Assembly (NCBI GenBank): GCA_036149055.1
Contig: JAYZQJ010000011.1
Coordinates: 1 to 29,970 of the forward strand
Length of the DNA: 29,970 nucleotides
Source of the DNA: Myxococcota bacterium
GTDB taxonomy: Bacteria > Myxococcota_A > Polyangia > Polyangiales > Sandaracinaceae
Direction: 5' to 3'
Notes under the pieces: generated by a model
Seen by the model: the letters and a program-made list of their open reading frames with translations, nothing else
Database searches by the model: none
Told to the model about the DNA's origin: nothing
Shown here: positions 7,760 to 15,124 of the stretch, piece after piece
Position numbering within the stretch: position 1 is the stretch's first letter
Layout: each line of letters starts with the position of its first letter
Translations under genes and position numbers: made by a program

Positions 7760-9884
7760 CCGCCGACCACAGGCTCGAGAAGGCGTCGGTCCACGCCCGC
7801 GCGGGCTCGCCCCCGGTGAGCGGGCGCCAGCGCGCCGGGTCGAGGGGCGCCAGATCTTCCTCGTCACGGGCGAGCACGGCCCAGGTCGCCCGGTCCTCCT
7901 GCGCGATCCGGACCGCGAGGCCCTCGGCCGCCGCCGCGTCCGCGACCACCCGGTTCAGGTCGAGCACCCGGTTGGAGAGGTGGAGGGCCACCCAGCCCTC
8001 GGGGGCGAGCGCGTCGACGTAGACCCGCAGCGCCTCGCGGGTCAGCAGGTGCACCGGCACCGAGTCGCTGTTGAACGCGTCGACCAGGATCAGCGAGGCG
8101 TCGCGCTCCGCCTCGACGACGCGGCGGCCGTCCCCGAGCGTCAGGGTCAGGTCGTCGGTGCCCGCGTTCTCCAGGTAGGTGAAGTGGGCGCGGGCGACGT
8201 CGATGACGTCGGGGTTGATCTCGACGAAGCGCCAGGCCTCGCCCGGGCGCGCGTAGCAGGCGACGGCGCCGGTCCCGAGCCCCACCGCGACCACCCTCGC
8301 GTCGGCCTCCTCCACCGACGGTCGGGCCGCGAAGAGCGAGCCGAGCGGGCCGCTCCGGGCGTAGTAGCTGGTCGGCGCGCAGCCGTCGCGCTCGGCGTGG
8401 CGCTGGGTCCCGTGCAGGGTCGTGCCGTGGAGGAGCACCCGCTGCTCGGCCTGGTCCACGACCCGCAGCACGCCGAAGAAGGAGCGGGTGGTCTCGAGCC
8501 GCTCTCCCTCCTCCTGGATGCGCCCGCCGGTCCACGCGCCGGCCACCACGATGGCGAGCAGGCAGAGGGTGTAGCGACGCCGGAGCGGCATCCAGCGGTA
8601 GGCGTAGAGGGCGCCCGGGCCGAGGCTCACGAGCGCGGCGAGCTGCGGCGGGTCGAGCTCGAGGCGCGGCACGACGAACGGCGGGAGCGCGACCAGCGCG
8701 AAGGTGGCCGCGACGTGGGGCAGGTCCTCCTTCCAGGGGCGGTCCGGGACGACCACGCCGACCCGCCGCCGAGGCAGGCAGGCGAGCGCGATCGCCACCG
8801 GGTACTCCCAGAGATCGGGGAGGATCGCCGGCGCCACCACCGCGGCGACCAGCGTCCCGAGCACCCCGCCGAGCGCGATCCACGCGAAGAACTCGGGGAG
8901 GTGCGCCGGGTGCGGCGCGTCGTCGGCGAGCCGCCGGTGCGCGACCCAGCTCGCCACGAACAGGAAGCCGAGGTGCAGCAGCGCCAGCAGCCACACCGGC
9001 TCGTTCTGATGGAGCAGGGTGAAGAAGACGAGCAGCACCCCGACCAGGCACATGCCGCGCTCGACCACCGGCGCCGGAGCGGCCACGCGCTCCGAGAACG
9101 CGAGCACGAAGCTCAGGAGGTAGAGCGCGAGCGGCACCACCCAGAGCAGCGGGATGGGCGCGAGGTCCATCGACAGGTAGGCGGTGGCTCCGGCGAGCAG
9201 CAGGGTCGGCACCAGCGCGAGGCCCACCCAGGTCAGCCGCCGCCGGACGGACGGGCGCGGCGCGTCCCCCGGCGCGGGCGCCTGACGCGGCCCGCCCGCC
9301 TTCCAGACGAACGCGCCGGCGAGCGCGATCCCGCCGAGCGCGAGCGCGTAGCCGACCCGGAACGCGCTGGCCTGCGCCCCGAGGTCGAGCCAGGGCTCGG
9401 CCACGAAGGGGTAGGCGAGGAGCGCCCCGAGGCTGCCCGCGTTGCTCGCGGCGTAGAGAAAGTACGGCCGCCGATCGCTCGCCCGCGCGAACCAGGACTG
9501 GAGCAGCGGCGCGGTCGCGCTCAGGACGGTGAAGGGGAGCCCGACGTTGAGCGCGAGGTAGGCGAGCGCGTAGGCCGCGGGCTGCCGCGCGGGGTCGAAG
9601 GCGTCGACGCCGCCGAGCGCGCCGAAGGGCGCGAGCACGAGCAGCGGCAGGGCCACGAGCGCGAGGTGCGCGAGCACCCGGGCTCGCACCGGCAGCACGC
9701 GCGCCCCGAGCCACACGTAGCCGTAACCGACGAGGAGCGCGGCCTGGAAGAAGAGCAGACACGCGGTCCACGCGCCGGGCACGCCGCCGAGCTGAGGCAG
9801 GAGCGCCTTGCCCGCCATCGGCTGGACCGCGAAGAGCAAGAAGGCGCTCCCCAGGATGGTCAGGGCGTAGACCGCGAGCCGCAC
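7743..9884 (-). CDS. Fused MFS-like membrane domain / spermidine synthase-like SAM-binding domain
   Basis: SAFLLFAVQPM..K.LLP.LGG, YFLYAASNAGS, RSFFGVLRV, LLHGTTLHGTQ, GLGTGAVA, EINP, GDGR, VDAFNSDSVPVHLLTREA, WTDAFS. GTG at 9884. Confidence 0.9.
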   Translation of the reverse strand: MRLAVYALTILGSAFLLFAVQPMAGKALLPQLGGVPGAWTACLLFFQAALLVGYGYVWLGARVLPVRARVLAHLALVALPLLVLAPFGALGGVDAFDPARQPAAYALAYLALNVGLPFTVLSATAPLLQSWFARASDRRPYFLYAASNAGSLGALLAYPFVAEPWLDLGAQASAFRVGYALALGGIALAGAFVWKAGGPRQAPAPGDAPRPSVRRRLTWVGLALVPTLLLAGATAYLSMDLAPIPLLWVVPLALYLLSFVLAFSERVAAPAPVVERGMCLVGVLLVFFTLLHQNEPVWLLALLHLGFLFVASWVAHRRLADDAPHPAHLPEFFAWIALGGVLGTLVAAVVAPAILPDLWEYPVAIALACLPRRRVGVVVPDRPWKEDLPHVAATFALVALPPFVVPRLELDPPQLAALVSLGPGALYAYRWMPLRRRYTLCLLAIVVAGAWTGGRIQEEGERLETTRSFFGVLRVVDQAEQRVLLHGTTLHGTQRHAERDGCAPTSYYARSGPLGSLFAARPSVEEADARVVAVGLGTGAVACYARPGEAWRFVEINPDVIDVARAHFTYLENAGTDDLTLTLGDGRRVVEAERDASLILVDAFNSDSVPVHLLTREALRVYVDALAPEGWVALHLSNRVLDLNRVVADAAAAEGLAVRIAQEDRATWAVLARDEEDLAPLDPARWRPLTGGEPARAWTDAFSSLWSAVRTGR

Positions 9885-9941
9885 CGCGCTTCCATACCGC
9901 GTCGCCTCGCGTCCCGCGAGCGCTCGGGCCATGCTCGCGCC

Positions 9942-10241
9942 GTGTCGCGCCTCGTCGCCCTCGCCCTGCTCACCCTGACCTCGTGCGGGGTCACCTCTCA
10001 CCTCGCGCCCGAGGAGCCGCTCGCCGAGCTCGACGACGCGGAGCGCGCCCAGCTCTGCCGCTTCACCACCGACCTCGTCTCGCTCGCGTGCCTCGACGCG
10101 CGGGTGACCGACTTCGACGCCTGCGACGCCGACCCGCCCTGGCGCGGGTGCGAAGGAGACGTCGCGGCGTGGGAGAGCTGCGTGAGCGCGTGGCAGACCG
10201 ACGGCTGCGACGCCCCCTGCCCGAGCCTCTGCGCGCCCTAG
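9942..10241 (+). CDS. Small Cys-rich lipoprotein (99 aa)
   Basis: SRLVALALLTLTS-C lipobox, multiple Cys in the mature part, strong GC3 bias. Confidence 0.75.
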   Translation: MSRLVALALLTLTSCGVTSHLAPEEPLAELDDAERAQLCRFTTDLVSLACLDARVTDFDACDADPPWRGCEGDVAAWESCVSAWQTDGCDAPCPSLCAP

Positions 10242-10563
10242 CAGGCCGCCGCGAAGCGGCCTGCTCCCGTGCCCCTGCCCGTGCCCCTGCCCGTGCCCGC
10301 GGAGCTGGAGGAGCCGCCTGGCGACGTTGCGTGCTCGTACTCGGCCAGGTGCTATCGGATGGCCCGGCGCTTCGCCATCGAGGTCGCTGCCTGGCTCGAG
10401 ATCACGGCACGACGCCGGGAGGCGCTCGAGGCTCAGGTGACCGAGGCTATCGAGCAATCGGAGCAGGTCGTAGCGAGGCTCGTCGCCCTGCTCGAGAGCT
10501 GCGACCGCGATTCGCGGGCAGGGGCACGGGGACGGGGGCAGGCCGCCGCGAAGCGGCCTGCTA
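10239..10563. mobile_element. Hairpin-bounded cassette: identical 25-bp terminal hairpins, inverted CCCGTG arms and a four-helix-bundle remnant
   Basis: GCAGGCCGCCGCGAAGCGGCCTGCT at 10241-10265 and 10538-10562. CCCGTGCCCCTGCCCG (10266-10281) is exactly complementary to 10515-10530. Mobility is inferred from the architecture only. Confidence 0.55.
10344..10500 (+). pseudogene. Remnant (C-terminal half) of a four-helix-bundle protein gene (23S rRNA-IVP / Avd-like)
   Basis: ARCYRMARRFAIEVAAWLEI…EQVVARLVALL resembles the family pattern ARFYxxARxSAxExxAxLD…xIVAMLxxL. The N-terminal half (LNIAEG motif) is absent, and A/T-ending codons are more frequent than in the neighbours. Confidence 0.6.
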
Positions 10564-10989
10564 TCGCACCGGGACGATCGTCACCGGGCGGTCGGCGAGG
10601 TGCAGCACTCGCTTCGAGACCGAGCCGAGCAGGATGCGCTCGACCGGGGTGAGGCCGCGCGAGCCCATGACGATCAGGTCGGCGTCGATGTCCTTGGCGC
10701 GGTAGACGATCTCCTCCGCCGGGTGACCGATGGCCACGTGATCGGTCGTCTCGGCCCGGTCTTCGATGATGGCGCGCGCCGCGTCGAAGCTGCCCTTGCC
10801 GATCTCGGCGCTCTTCTGGGTCAGCTCGTTGCGGCTGAGCGCCTCGAGCCCGAGGTAGCTCGCGGTGGGCGCGTCGTAGACGTGCACCAGCTCGATGGAC
10901 GCGCCGGTCGCGTGGGCGAGGCGCGCTGCGAAGTGGGCCGCGCGGCTCGCACCGGCGGACCCGTCCACGGCGACGAGGATGCGTTTCAT
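10561..10989 (-). CDS. Universal stress protein (UspA family)
   Basis: KRILVAVDGS, ELVHV, GHPAEEIV, DLIVMGSRG…LLGSVSKRVLH..PVTIV. Confidence 0.95.
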   Translation of the reverse strand: MKRILVAVDGSAGASRAAHFAARLAHATGASIELVHVYDAPTASYLGLEALSRNELTQKSAEIGKGSFDAARAIIEDRAETTDHVAIGHPAEEIVYRAKDIDADLIVMGSRGLTPVERILLGSVSKRVLHLADRPVTIVPVR

Positions 10990-11068
10990 GATGCCTGTCA
11001 GGTGCGCACCGCGAGGGGCCGCGCCATACGACCTTTCGCGCGTCGCCGGCGGGGTTAGTTGCCCCCAC

Positions 11069-12625
11069 GTGGCCGAGCTCCGGGACGACCTCGCGCGCGA
11101 CGCGGACGAGACGCGAGAGACCCACATCTCCTGGGTCTTCTTGACCGCGGACTCCGTCTACAAGGTGAAGAAGCCGGTCTCGCTCGGCTTCCTCGACTTC
11201 AGCACCCTCGAGAAGCGCCGCGAGGCCTGCGAGGCGGAGGTCGAGCTCAACGCGCGGCTCGCCCCGGACGTCTACCGCGGCGTCGTCCCGGTCACCCTCC
11301 AGGGCGGCGTGCACACGCTGGGCGGCGACGGCGAGACCGTGGATTGGGCGGTGCACATGCGCCGGCTGCGCGACGAGGACCGCGCCGACTCCCTGCTCGA
11401 GGGCGACGCGCTGACCGTCGCCCACGTCGACCGCATGGCCACCGCGGTGGCCGAGTTCCACGCCGGCTGCCGCGAGGACGAGCACACCGGCCGCTTCGGC
11501 GCCCCGGCCGCGATCGCGGGGAACGTGCGCGAGAACTTCGACCAGACGCACGACGCGATCCGCGCGCTCCTCGAGCCCGGCGCGGCCGACGAGATCGAGG
11601 CCTGGCAGCTCGGCTTCCTGGAGCGGCACGCCGGGCTCTTCCTCGAGCGCGTGCGGCGCGGCCGGGTTCGCGACGGGCACGGCGACCTCCGGCTCGAGCA
11701 CTTCTACTTCGAAGGTGACGCGGTCCGGGTCCTCGACTGCATCGAGTTCAACGAGCGCTTCCGGTACGCCGACGTCGTCTCCGACCTCGCGTTCCTCTCG
11801 ATGGACCTCGCCTGGCACGGCCGCGTCGACCTCTCCGAGCGCCTCCTCGCCACCTACGCGCGCGAGACCAGCGACTTCGACCTCTACCGGCTGGTCGACT
11901 TCTACGAGAGCTATCGCGGGTACGTGCGCGGCAAGGTGTCGACCATGCTCGCCGCGGACGAGCGCGCGCCGGCCGCGGACCGCGAGCGCGCCGAGCGAGA
12001 GGCCCGGCGTTACTTCCTGCTGTCCCTGGCGATGGAGCGGCGGCCGCTGCTCGCGCCCACCCTGGTCGCCATCGGCGGCGTGATCGCGACCGGCAAGAGC
12101 ACCCTCGCCGATCACCTCGGCGCCGCCCTCGGGGCGCCCGCGATCAACACCGACCGGATCCGCAAGCACATGCTCGGCGCGCGCCCGACCGACCGGCTCT
12201 ACGACGGCTCCTGGTCCGGCGCGTACGACCCCGCGTTCACCGAGCGCGTCTACGAGGAGGTGCGCCGCTGCGCCCGGGTAGTGGTGGAGTCCGGCCGGCC
12301 GGTGATCCTCGACGCCAGCTTCCGCTCGGCCGAGATGCGCCTCGACGCCCGGCGACTCGCGGAGGAGCTCGGCGTGCCCTTCCGGTTCCTCGAGTGCCGC
12401 GCCGACCCCGACGTGTGCCGCGCGCGCCTCGAGGTCCGCGATCAGCAGACCACGGTCAGCGACGGGCGGCTCGAGATCTTCGACGACTTCCTGGCAAAGT
12501 GGGAGCCCGTCGTCGAGCTCGCGGGCGGAGAGCACGTCGAGGTCGACACCGAGCGCGAGATGGCCGACATCCTGCGCGACCTGCGCCGCCACGTGCCGAT
12601 GTGGCCCGAGGGCCTGACCGAGTAG
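11069..12625 (+). CDS. Bifunctional aminoglycoside-phosphotransferase-like / AAA_33 P-loop kinase (Rv2004c-like)
   Basis: ETHISWVFL…YKVKKPV, ELNARLAPDVY, DGHGDLRLEH, LDCIEFN, Walker A GGVIATGKST, VILDASF, SDG. GTG at 11069. Confidence 0.92.
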   Translation: MAELRDDLARDADETRETHISWVFLTADSVYKVKKPVSLGFLDFSTLEKRREACEAEVELNARLAPDVYRGVVPVTLQGGVHTLGGDGETVDWAVHMRRLRDEDRADSLLEGDALTVAHVDRMATAVAEFHAGCREDEHTGRFGAPAAIAGNVRENFDQTHDAIRALLEPGAADEIEAWQLGFLERHAGLFLERVRRGRVRDGHGDLRLEHFYFEGDAVRVLDCIEFNERFRYADVVSDLAFLSMDLAWHGRVDLSERLLATYARETSDFDLYRLVDFYESYRGYVRGKVSTMLAADERAPAADRERAEREARRYFLLSLAMERRPLLAPTLVAIGGVIATGKSTLADHLGAALGAPAINTDRIRKHMLGARPTDRLYDGSWSGAYDPAFTERVYEEVRRCARVVVESGRPVILDASFRSAEMRLDARRLAEELGVPFRFLECRADPDVCRARLEVRDQQTTVSDGRLEIFDDFLAKWEPVVELAGGEHVEVDTEREMADILRDLRRHVPMWPEGLTE

Positions 12626-12658
12626 CGAGCGGCCCGCCAGGGCCTAGAGAGCCGCTGC

Positions 12659-13606
12659 ATGATCGTCTCGCACTCCGTCCGCGCTCGACACGTGTTCCAC
12701 CACGCGTGGCGCGGCATGACCTTCTTCCTCGTCCTCTCGCTGACGGTGTGGATCCTCCACCGCGAGCTGGACATCAAGCGGATGGTCATCCCCTTCAACG
12801 CGATCGCGACCCTCAGCGTCGCGCTCTCGATCTACCTCGGCTTCAAGAACAACCAGGCCTACGACCGCTGGTGGGAGGCGCGGAAGATCTGGGGCCTGAT
12901 CGTCAACTACAGCCGCGGCTTCGCGCGCGAGGTGCTCATCCTCCCCGAGGGCGAAGACCGCGAGGGCATCCGCGCGTGGCAGCGGGCGATGATCTACCGG
13001 CACGCCGGCTTCGTGCACGGCCTGCGGGTCTTCCTCCGCAAGCCCAACGGCTTCGTGGCCCGGCAGGGCGAGCCGCGCTGGGACGAGAACACCTACGACG
13101 ACCTGCGCGACTTCCTCTCGCCCGAGGAGCTCGCCGCGGTGCGCGACGCCGACAACCCACCGAACCAGATCCTGCTCCGGCAAGGCGAAGAGCTCCGCCG
13201 CGCGAAGGAGCGGGGCTGGCTGAGCGACTACCGCTTCGTGCAGCTGAGCCGGATGCTCATGGAGTTCCACAACCACCAGGGCATGAGCGAGCGCATCAAG
13301 AACACGCCGCTGCCCCGCTACTACACGACCTACTCGCGCATCTTCGTGTACCTGCACGGCGTGCTCGTGCCGCTGGCCTTCATCGAGGAGCTGGGCTGGA
13401 TCAACGTGCCGCTCTCCCTGGCGATCAACTTCGTCTTCCTGTCGCTCGACCACGTCGGCGCGCAGGTCGAGGACCCGTTCGAGAACCGGATGGCCGACGT
13501 GCCGCTCACCGCGATCAGCGTGACCATCGAGCGGAACCTGCGCGAGATGCTCGGCGAGGAGACCCTCCCCGAGAAGCCCGCCATCCGCAAAGGCGTGCAG
13601 GTGTAG
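12659..13606 (+). CDS. Bestrophin-family ion channel (YneE-like)
   Basis: YLGFKNNQAYDRWWEARKIWG, ERIKNTPLP, EDPFEN…DVPL.AIS..IE motifs and transmembrane segments. Confidence 0.93.
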   Translation: MIVSHSVRARHVFHHAWRGMTFFLVLSLTVWILHRELDIKRMVIPFNAIATLSVALSIYLGFKNNQAYDRWWEARKIWGLIVNYSRGFAREVLILPEGEDREGIRAWQRAMIYRHAGFVHGLRVFLRKPNGFVARQGEPRWDENTYDDLRDFLSPEELAAVRDADNPPNQILLRQGEELRRAKERGWLSDYRFVQLSRMLMEFHNHQGMSERIKNTPLPRYYTTYSRIFVYLHGVLVPLAFIEELGWINVPLSLAINFVFLSLDHVGAQVEDPFENRMADVPLTAISVTIERNLREMLGEETLPEKPAIRKGVQV

Positions 13607-13612
13607 TCGAGG

Positions 13613-13633
13613 TGCGGCAAATATTTTGCCGCA
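13613..13633. terminator. Hairpin directly downstream of bestrophin (possible terminator, or left end of the structured element)
   Basis: TGCGGCAAA-TAT-TTTGCCGCA, a perfect 9-bp stem 6 nt after the stop. No clear U-tract follows. Confidence 0.4.
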
Positions 13634-13838
13634 GCTTGCACGCGCGCGAGCGCGTGAGATGAGGGAGGGAGCTCGAGCCGGCTCGAGACGACGGCAGGCG
13701 ACGAGCGCAGCGAGGTCGCCGCACGCGCCATCCCCCCCGGGTTCGATCCCGCGACAGCGGGCGGCCAGCGAGCGCGCAGCGCGAGCGCGAGCCGCAGGGC
13801 CCCCAGCGCCCCGTCGCTGGGGTCGCGGCGCGAGCGCG

Positions 13839-13929
13839 AAGCGCGAGGCGCCGGCGGAGTCGGGAGGGGGGCCCCATTGGCGCTTTGCCCAATGGGGGGA
13901 GGGTTTGCACCAAACCCTCCAAGAAACTC
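13839..13929. repeat. REP-like double-hairpin intergenic repeat, copy 2
   Basis: Matches 129-219 with few substitutions. Perfect stems at 13872-13897 and 13898-13920. Confidence 0.85.
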
Positions 13930-14056
13930 GAGCGGTGACGGGCGCGGTGGCCACCGGACCCCGGGGGGTGGCTGCCGGAGCGGCCGGGGTCGCGCCCGCC
14001 AAGTCGTCGGAATCATTGGGTGGAGCCTTGGCCCGCTTCGTGCCATGGAGCGGGCC

Positions 14057-15076
14057 ATGCGCCGTCTGCTCTTCGCTCTGCTCGCCCTGACCACCGGCTG
14101 CGCCGCCGACGCCTCGACGGCCGACGGGCCCTCGGACGAGTTCTGGGAGGGCGTCGAGACCGATGAGCGCGCGGACGCGCCGGCGGACTGGGGCAAGGGC
14201 GACCTCGACCGGGATCCGCCCTACGACGCGCCCGAGGGGCTGCCGACCCTGGAGTCGCCGGAGATCATCGTGAGCCTCGAGGGGCTCACCGTGCACCTCT
14301 TCGACCGCGCGACCGGCTTCAGCCGCGTCTACCCGACCGGCGTCGGCGTGCTCGGCCGCAGCGGCCGGAGCATCACGCCCACCGGCCACTACGCCACCGG
14401 GCCCGACACCTCGAACGGCTGGTACTACGTCGCGTCGCGCTGGGACCCCGCCTACTTCGAGGGCTACCCGTTCCTCCGCCTCACGGTCGAGAACAGCCGC
14501 GGCTACCACACCTACGGCTTCCACGGCCCGATCACCGAGACGCTCCGCCGCGACTACGTGAGCCACGGCTGCATGCGCATGGAGAAGGACGACGTGGTCG
14601 AGCTCTTCACCCTCGTGCGCCGCCACCCCTCGACGCCGGTCACCATCCAGCAGGAGCTCGAGCGCGACGCGGCCGGCGCGGTGGTGGACGTCGGCGCCGA
14701 GGTCACCCTCTGGGCGCCCGACGAGGAGATCCGCTACGGCGCCAGCGTCGGCCCGCGCGACGACCGCCCCGTCGGCTTCGTCGGCGACGCGTGCGAGACC
14801 GACGCCGACTGCGGCCGCTTCGACGGCGGCGACGGCTACGTCTGCCACGAGGCGGGCTTCTGCACGACGTCCTGCGAGGGCTACTGCCCCGACTACGCCG
14901 GCTACGCGACCACCTTCTGCGTCGCCGACGCGGACGGCGGCACCTGCGTCCCCCGCGTCGACGCGCTGAACGCCGAGTGCGCCACCGTCCCCGGCACCGT
15001 GCCCACCGAGGCCGAGCGCTACGTCGGCGGCAGCCCCGCGCGGCCGGCCACCGCGCACGTCTGCCTGCCGCTCTGA
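14057..15076 (+). CDS. L,D-transpeptidase (YkuD family) lipoprotein with a Cys-rich C-terminal extension
   Basis: Lipobox LTTG-C, SITPTG.Y, YGFHG…VSHGCMRM catalytic His/Cys motif, and C-terminal GDACETDADC…CHEAGFCTTSCEGYCPD. Confidence 0.88.
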   Translation: MRRLLFALLALTTGCAADASTADGPSDEFWEGVETDERADAPADWGKGDLDRDPPYDAPEGLPTLESPEIIVSLEGLTVHLFDRATGFSRVYPTGVGVLGRSGRSITPTGHYATGPDTSNGWYYVASRWDPAYFEGYPFLRLTVENSRGYHTYGFHGPITETLRRDYVSHGCMRMEKDDVVELFTLVRRHPSTPVTIQQELERDAAGAVVDVGAEVTLWAPDEEIRYGASVGPRDDRPVGFVGDACETDADCGRFDGGDGYVCHEAGFCTTSCEGYCPDYAGYATTFCVADADGGTCVPRVDALNAECATVPGTVPTEAERYVGGSPARPATAHVCLPL

Positions 15077-15124
15077 CGTCCAGCCCACTCGCACCTGGTA
15101 CCCTCCCCCGCGGGAGGGATCGGG

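Noticed and set aside
7743..10241. Polyamine or RiPP biosynthetic cluster (spermidine synthase-like gene plus small Cys-rich peptide)
   Set aside because: The small protein has a lipobox, is divergently transcribed, and no modifying enzymes are nearby.
10239..10563. Diversity-generating retroelement suggested by the Avd-like remnant
   Set aside because: No reverse transcriptase and no TR/VR pair differing at adenines was seen in the window.
10269..10652. 127-aa ORF as an intact gene
   Set aside because: It starts inside the CCCGTG repeat and runs through the terminal hairpin into the USP gene. Only the middle resembles a protein family, so it is treated as a remnant.
13735..13755. GGTTCGATCCC resembling a tRNA T-loop
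   Set aside because: It cannot form the 5-bp T-stem with a 7-nt loop, and no acceptor, D or anticodon arms are present.
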